From positions 1,472,001-1,536,000 of the forward strand of contig OZ254086.1 in the NCBI GenBank assembly GCA_965267575.1: 64,000 bases of DNA, written 5' to 3'. Below the pieces are notes generated by a model. That model was given only the letters and a program-made list of their open reading frames with translations, ran no database searches and had not been told where the DNA came from. Positions 58,654 to 64,000 of the stretch are shown here, piece after piece. Numbering within the stretch: the stretch's first letter is position 1; each line of letters opens with the position of its first letter. This DNA comes from Calditrichales bacterium. GTDB taxonomy: Bacteria > Calditrichota > Calditrichia > Calditrichales > J004. The translations under genes and the position numbers were made by a program.

Positions 58654-61332
58654 TTAGCTGAACCACGGGTTTGGTTTCTCCGGATCGATATCCATATCCT
58701 TGATCGCCTTTGTTACATCCGATCCCTTCAGGTCGCCTTTTTGCGCCAGCAGGTTTAGGGCGGCCAGTACGACATAGCGCTCGTCCACTTCAAAGAAATT
58801 ACGCAGCTGATTGCGTCCGTCGCTGCGCCCGAATCCATCGGTTCCCAGCGCCGCAAACGGTCCCGGCACCCATTTGGCGATGGACAACGGCAATGCCTTT
58901 ACATAATCGGAAGCGGCCACATAAACGCCCTCACTGCCATCAAGTACTTCCTCTATATATGCTTTCTTCTGCTTTTTCGTCGGATTGAACATGTTCCAGC
59001 GATCAGCCTGTGTGGCGTCCACGTGCAGTTCTTTGTAGCTGGTAACGCTGTAGATATCGGCGGCAATGTCAAATTTATCTTCCAGCATTTCCTGCGCCTT
59101 CACCACGCAGTTCATAATCGTTCCGCTGCCAAACAGGTTTACCTGCATTTTGGCTTTCTTCTTTTTGGAAGCGCGGAACTTGTACATTCCTTTGACGATG
59201 CCTTCCTTCACCTCTTTGCCTTTGGGCATTTCCGGCTGCTTGTAGTTTTCATTCATCACCGTGAGATAATAGAAAACGTTTTCATGTTTCTCGTACATGC
59301 GCTCGATGCCGTCACGGATCAGCACAGCCAGTTCGTAGGCGAATGCCGGGTCATAGGCTTTCAGGTTGGGATAGGGGTAAAGCATCAGGTGACTGTTGCC
59401 GTCCTGGTGCTGCAGGCCCTCGCCGGCCAGCGTTGTGCGTCCGGATGTGGCGCCCAGCAGGAAGCCTTTGGCGCGCATATCCCCGGCCGCCCAGATCAGG
59501 TCGCCAATGCGCTGTACCCCAAACATGGAGTAGAATATGAAAAAGGGAATGGCGTTAATGCCATGCAGCGAATAAGCTGTACCCGCTGCCGTGAAAGACG
59601 ACATTGATCCGGCTTCGGTGATTCCTTCTTCCAGGATCTGGCCGTTTTTAGCTTCTTTATAATAAAGCAGGCTCTCTTTGTCCACCGGCTCATAAAGCTG
59701 GCCGCCGTGCGCATAAATACCCACCTGGCGGAACAGCGATTCCATACCAAAGGTGCGCGCTTCATCGGGCACAATCGGTACAATGTTTTTACCGATTTCC
59801 TTGTCACGCAGCAACTTGGACAGCAGGCGCACAAAAACCATCGTCGTGGAGGCCTCGCGGTCTCCCGTGCCTTCGTAAAACTCTTCGAAAATGCTTTCAT
59901 CCGGAGTTTTCAGGGCACCTGGGGCTTGCTTTTTGCGCTGCGGCATGTAGCCGCCTAGCTGCTTGCGGTGCTCCTTCATATATTGCATCTCCGGGCTGTC
60001 TTCGTCCGGCTTGTAGAAAGGAATATCGTCGATTTTTTCGTCAGAAATCGGAATACCGAAACGGCTGCGGAAAGTACGCAGTTCCTGTTCGTTCAGTTTT
60101 TTCTGCTGGTGGGTTATGTTTTTGCCTTCGCCCGCTTCGCCAAGGCCGTAGCCTTTTACAGTGCGCGCCAAAATCACGGTGGGTGCTCCCTTGTGCTTTA
60201 CCGCCGCGCTGTATGCCGCGTAAACTTTTTCCGGATCGTGGCCGCCCAGACGCAGACGCTCAAGCTGCTCATCGGACATGTGCTCAACCATTTTCAGCAG
60301 CTGCGGGTACTTGCCCCAGAAGTGCTGACGGATATAAGCGCCGCCCTTAACGCTGTAATTCTGATATTCACCGTCGACAACCTCGGCCATACGCTTGACG
60401 AGCAAGCCTTCCTTATCCTGTGCCAGCAACGGATCCCAGTCTTTACCCCAGACAATCTTAATGACGTTCCAGCCGGCGCCGCGGAAAACGCGCTCTAGCT
60501 CCTGGATGATTTTACCGTTGCCGCGTACCGGGCCGTCCAGACGCTGCAGGTTACAGTTAATTACAAAAATCAGGTTGTCCAGCTGTTCCCGTGTGGCCAG
60601 CGAGATAGCGCCCAGTGTTTCCGGTTCGTCCGTTTCACCGTCACCCAGGAATGCCCACACTTTTTCATCACCCTTGGGTTTCAGGCCGCGGTCTTCCAGG
60701 TAGCGGTTAAAACGCGCCTGGTAAATGGCCATAATCGGACCCAGGCCCATAGACACAGTCGCAAACTGCCAGAAATCGGGCATCAGCCAGGGGTGTGGAT
60801 AGGAAGACAGTCCGCCATTGGGGTGTGTTTCGTGGCGGAAATTTTTGAGCTGCTCCATCGATATGCGTCCTTCCAGGAAGGCGCGGGCGTAAATACCGGG
60901 TGAGGCGTGGCCCTGGAAGTAAACGGCATCACCGCTGAAGTTATCCGACGGGGCGCGGAAAAAATGGTTAAAGCCTATTTCATAGAGCGTGGCCGCGGAG
61001 GCGTAGGTGGAAATGTGTCCGCCAATCCCGGCCTCATGTTTGTTGGCCCGCACAACCATGGCCATGGCGTTCCAGCGGATAAGGCTTTTTATACGCCGCT
61101 CGATTTCCCGGCTGCCGGGGAAGTTAGGCTGCTCTTCCGGCGGAATGGTGTTGATATAAGGCGTGTTGGCGGAAAAAGGCATTTTGATGCCTTCGTAATG
61201 GGCGCGGCTCTGCAGGGCTTGCAGCAAAGACGTGGCGCGCTGCGAGCCACCTTCCTGAATCACGTAGTCAAGCGATTCAAGCCACTCCTGAAGTTCTATT
61301 TCTTCTATAGTTTTATTGTTTTGTTGACTCAT
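58654..61332 (-). CDS. aceE: Pyruvate dehydrogenase E1, homodimeric type
   Basis: GGHISTYAS, FQGHASPG, GDGETDEPE, NCNLQRLDGPV and GEGLQHQDG. Confidence 0.97.
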   Translation of the reverse strand: MSQQNNKTIEEIELQEWLESLDYVIQEGGSQRATSLLQALQSRAHYEGIKMPFSANTPYINTIPPEEQPNFPGSREIERRIKSLIRWNAMAMVVRANKHEAGIGGHISTYASAATLYEIGFNHFFRAPSDNFSGDAVYFQGHASPGIYARAFLEGRISMEQLKNFRHETHPNGGLSSYPHPWLMPDFWQFATVSMGLGPIMAIYQARFNRYLEDRGLKPKGDEKVWAFLGDGETDEPETLGAISLATREQLDNLIFVINCNLQRLDGPVRGNGKIIQELERVFRGAGWNVIKIVWGKDWDPLLAQDKEGLLVKRMAEVVDGEYQNYSVKGGAYIRQHFWGKYPQLLKMVEHMSDEQLERLRLGGHDPEKVYAAYSAAVKHKGAPTVILARTVKGYGLGEAGEGKNITHQQKKLNEQELRTFRSRFGIPISDEKIDDIPFYKPDEDSPEMQYMKEHRKQLGGYMPQRKKQAPGALKTPDESIFEEFYEGTGDREASTTMVFVRLLSKLLRDKEIGKNIVPIVPDEARTFGMESLFRQVGIYAHGGQLYEPVDKESLLYYKEAKNGQILEEGITEAGSMSSFTAAGTAYSLHGINAIPFFIFYSMFGVQRIGDLIWAAGDMRAKGFLLGATSGRTTLAGEGLQHQDGNSHLMLYPYPNLKAYDPAFAYELAVLIRDGIERMYEKHENVFYYLTVMNENYKQPEMPKGKEVKEGIVKGMYKFRASKKKKAKMQVNLFGSGTIMNCVVKAQEMLEDKFDIAADIYSVTSYKELHVDATQADRWNMFNPTKKQKKAYIEEVLDGSEGVYVAASDYVKALPLSIAKWVPGPFAALGTDGFGRSDGRNQLRNFFEVDERYVVLAALNLLAQKGDLKGSDVTKAIKDMDIDPEKPNPWFS

Positions 61333-61553
61333 ATAGCCCCTTTTTTAGTGTGAGCATTAAAAAGTTTGGAGACGTTTAAAATATCGCTGTTTTTAAAGAG
61401 CTTTTAATATAGCAAAAATTCCGAACCCTTACAAAAAACGGCCGGTGTCTCTGAACGCCCGATGATCAGCGAAACCGGTCAGCTAAATCTTGTTCTTTTT
61501 TAGCCGAAAATCTGTGAAAATTTTTATGAAAAACAAAGATAGGAGAGTTTATC

Positions 61554-61769
61554 ATGTGGGATATGCAGGCCTTTGGAGAACTGGTGCGTACGCACAGAAA
61601 AAAAAGCGGACTCAGCCAGATCGAGCTGGCCAACCTTGCCGGCGTCGGCAAAACAACCATATTTGATATTGAAAAAGCGCGCCACTCCTTTCACATGCGT
61701 ACAATTGTCAATGTGTGCAAAGCGCTTAACCTTAAAATGGAAATGCTCAGCCCCCTGCAGAACGACTAA
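61554..61769 (+). CDS. XRE/HipB-like helix-turn-helix regulator
   Basis: HRKKSGLSQIELANLAGVGKTTIFDIEK; AGGAG RBS. Confidence 0.85.
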   Translation: MWDMQAFGELVRTHRKKSGLSQIELANLAGVGKTTIFDIEKARHSFHMRTIVNVCKALNLKMEMLSPLQND

Positions 61770-61892
61770 GCCAGTTTCCCGGCGGCCTGATCGCGTATAC
61801 CGGCCGCCACGCCTCCCTTTTATCTTTTTCTTTTTGTAGTTTTTTCAGCCTGTTGTATTTTTCAGCGGCCTGACCCCGGAAAAATCCACATA

Positions 61893-62774
61893 ATGAAACG
61901 TTGCCCCATTACATACGATCGTATTGATGCCGAAGGCTATAGCCGCCGTGGCCTGCGGATTATTTCACGCCACCTGGAAAAGCTGAAGCCTGTTAGCTTT
62001 GATATAGAGAAAAATGCCTGTGGCAGCAGCAAGGACGATCTCTTATGCAGCTACGCGCGGTTATCAGTTAAAGAACAGATCTTCGAGGCGGGCACTGAAA
62101 AAGATCGCTTTATGCTGCTGCGCGACCCGGCTCCCGGGAGTGTTATGATACCCAATATGGATCTGACCATGAAGCTGGCCGGTCGTGCCGGTGTTGAAGT
62201 GGTTAAGCACGGCATGGTCCGTCACGCGGATGATGAGCTGTTATTGTTTTGTCTGCGTCCCGTTTTTCAGGGCCGTTTCCGGCGGCTCCCGGTGAAACCT
62301 CTTTTTGACGAAAACGATCCCTTTGATCTGGGCGCTCTGTTGTCAAAGGTAGATCAGACGTGTACATTTCCGCAGTTGGAACGGCTGAAGCTTTTTCGTT
62401 TGCTGCTTGTTGCCTTTCTTGTCGGCCACAAGGCTTTCAGTCCGGATGATTTCCGCGCTGTGCAAAATAATGAAAAATGGCAGCTACTGCCGCAGCAGCG
62501 GCTGATAAATGAACAATTTTCAGGAAGCATAGAAAAGGGATCTGTACAACTGGGCAATGACCTGCTACGCTTTTCCGGCGCCGCCGATGCAATCGCATTT
62601 GCCCAACGGCAGATGGCATTGAACAGCAAAGCGGCCAACCAGGTGCTGCGTGAGCTGGAAGCCTTGTTCCTGGAGTGGATGAAGCTGATAAACGGCAGCT
62701 TTTTACCGGCAAAACAAAAAAAAGACTATACGGCATTCGTGCAGGAAAAAAGAAAATTGTTTTTTAAATATTGA
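61893..62774 (+). CDS. HipA/HipT-like protein lacking kinase catalytic motifs
   Basis: M.RCPITY...YS..GL, N.DLTM.LA...G.EV..HG and CTFP.LE..KLF.L resemble HipA C-terminal-domain proteins; GVQPK, DxHxxN and PAYD are absent. Confidence 0.7.
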   Translation: MKRCPITYDRIDAEGYSRRGLRIISRHLEKLKPVSFDIEKNACGSSKDDLLCSYARLSVKEQIFEAGTEKDRFMLLRDPAPGSVMIPNMDLTMKLAGRAGVEVVKHGMVRHADDELLLFCLRPVFQGRFRRLPVKPLFDENDPFDLGALLSKVDQTCTFPQLERLKLFRLLLVAFLVGHKAFSPDDFRAVQNNEKWQLLPQQRLINEQFSGSIEKGSVQLGNDLLRFSGAADAIAFAQRQMALNSKAANQVLRELEALFLEWMKLINGSFLPAKQKKDYTAFVQEKRKLFFKY

Positions 62775-62783
62775 GGAGCGCTG

Positions 62784-63305
62784 ATGGATGAACAGGAAAT
62801 AGTTGAAAAGCTGGCTGCCAACACGGCCGTTTTTGAAGCGCTTTGCAAAGGTGTCAGTGAACAGCAGTGGCGCTGGAAACCTGATCAAAAAACATGGTCT
62901 ATGCTGGAAGTAGTGCACCACCTGCTGGACGAGGAGCGCGATGATTTCCGGACGCGCCTAGATTACACATTACACAAGCCGGGCACGGCCTGGCCGGCGA
63001 TAGACCCGCCAAAGTGGGTTGTGGAGCGTAATTATAATGAGCGCAATCCCTCACTGGTGCTTACGCTTTTTCACGAAGAACGGGAGCGCAGCATTCAATG
63101 GCTGAACAATCTCAATCAACCGGACTGGGATGCTTTTTATGACCACCCGCAGGCCGGCAAAATGAGCGCGCGACGCATTCTGGCCAACTGGCTGGCCCAC
63201 GACTACCTGCATATCCGGCAGCTTGGCCGCCTGCAGTGGCAATATCTGGCAAGCGGCATTGCCCCGATCGACCTGTCTTATGCCGGACCGGTGCCTCAGA
63301 AATAA
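62784..63305 (+). CDS. DinB family protein
   Basis: WSMLEVVHHL.DEE and AHDYLHIRQL. Confidence 0.88.
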   Translation: MDEQEIVEKLAANTAVFEALCKGVSEQQWRWKPDQKTWSMLEVVHHLLDEERDDFRTRLDYTLHKPGTAWPAIDPPKWVVERNYNERNPSLVLTLFHEERERSIQWLNNLNQPDWDAFYDHPQAGKMSARRILANWLAHDYLHIRQLGRLQWQYLASGIAPIDLSYAGPVPQK

Positions 63306-63331
63306 ACCGTATTTACCCGAAAAGTGCTGAT

Positions 63332-64000
63332 ATGCGAGATACGATCAGAGATAAAATTTTTCTTGCCTTAAAATATGTTGTCGGCTTTGGGCTGCTGGCC
63401 TACATATTTAGCAAAGTTGATGCTTCACGGACCTGGGAAACGCTTCTTGGTTTCGGCCCGCTTGTGCTTTTGCCGGTTATCGCGGTGGGCTTAATCCACC
63501 TGGCCCTGCAATTCGGATTGTGGCGCTTCCTGACTCAGCACCATTCCGCCCACGTGGAAGCGCGCGACCTGCTGCCGTCCTTTTTCGCCGGCTTCGCTTT
63601 CCGGATGATGCTGCCCGGGGGCAACGCCGAAATCGCCAAAGTATTTTTATTGCGCGGACGCAAAAGGGGCAAGGTGATCGCCTTTGCCGCCGAAAAGTTT
63701 TTCCAGACGACGCTTAAAATATTGCTTGTAGCTTTTACGCTTCCCGTTGTGTTCCCGGAGTATCGCTATGGATTGTGGGCCCTTGGAGCTGCCACAGTGG
63801 TGGCCTACCTCGTTTTACCCTTTCTGCTCAAGCGGGACATTTTTCATCGTTTCCAGGAAAAAAATGTTGACTATATCCGTATTTTCACTATCAGTGTTCT
63901 TTATAACATGCCCATTTTCCTGACCATGGTTTTGCAGTATCACATACTGCTAAATGCCCACTACGATATCTCCTGGATGCATACGTTGTGGGTGGGCGTA
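63332..64000 (+). CDS. Lysylphosphatidylglycerol synthase TM-domain (YbhN/UPF0104-like) membrane protein, truncated by window end
   Basis: Not in the ORF track; manual translation begins MRDTIRDKIFLALKYVVGFGLLAYIFSKVD and includes WRFL, FFAG...MLPGG.AE.AK and EK. Confidence 0.75.
   Translation, partial: MRDTIRDKIFLALKYVVGFGLLAYIFSKVDASRTWETLLGFGPLVLLPVIAVGLIHLALQFGLWRFLTQHHSAHVEARDLLPSFFAGFAFRMMLPGGNAEIAKVFLLRGRKRGKVIAFAAEKFFQTTLKILLVAFTLPVVFPEYRYGLWALGAATVVAYLVLPFLLKRDIFHRFQEKNVDYIRIFTISVLYNMPIFLTMVLQYHILLNAHYDISWMHTLWVGV

Overview
A gene-dense bacterial chromosomal window of roughly 50% GC by eye. The mix of a Bacteroidota/mitochondrial-type aconitase, a homodimeric AceE, many exported peptidases and sigma54 control suggests an FCB-adjacent lineage such as Calditrichota or KSB1; this is inference, not a database result. 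It carries central metabolism genes (fumC end, aconitase, maeB, aceE-aceF-lpdA) and a three-step amino-acid fermentation module (aminotransferase, ADP-forming acyl-CoA synthetase, fused 2-oxoacid:ferredoxin oxidoreductase subunits). It also has envelope proteases, transporters, hflKC, a BrnTA toxin-antitoxin pair beside a low-GC gene, and a degenerate hipBA-like pair. I recognised no rRNA, tRNA, CRISPR array, integrase or transposase. The most notable observations are: (1) an in-frame fusion of an SCP2 lipid-carrier domain to an R2-like ligand-binding oxidase (R2lox); (2) a four-helix-bundle (23S-IVP/Avd-like) gene inserted in the PDH operon between 28-bp GATC-rich repeats, plus several gene-less periodic 6/7/8-mer arrays placed just after stop codons; (3) a sigma54 promoter with candidate enhancer sites driving a PRC-barrel/pseudo-receiver/STAS operon with no kinase in the window; (4) several intact ORFs that have lost catalytic residues (HtrA, HipA, amidohydrolase, CPBP). 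Protein family calls come from motif recognition by eye, not from searches.
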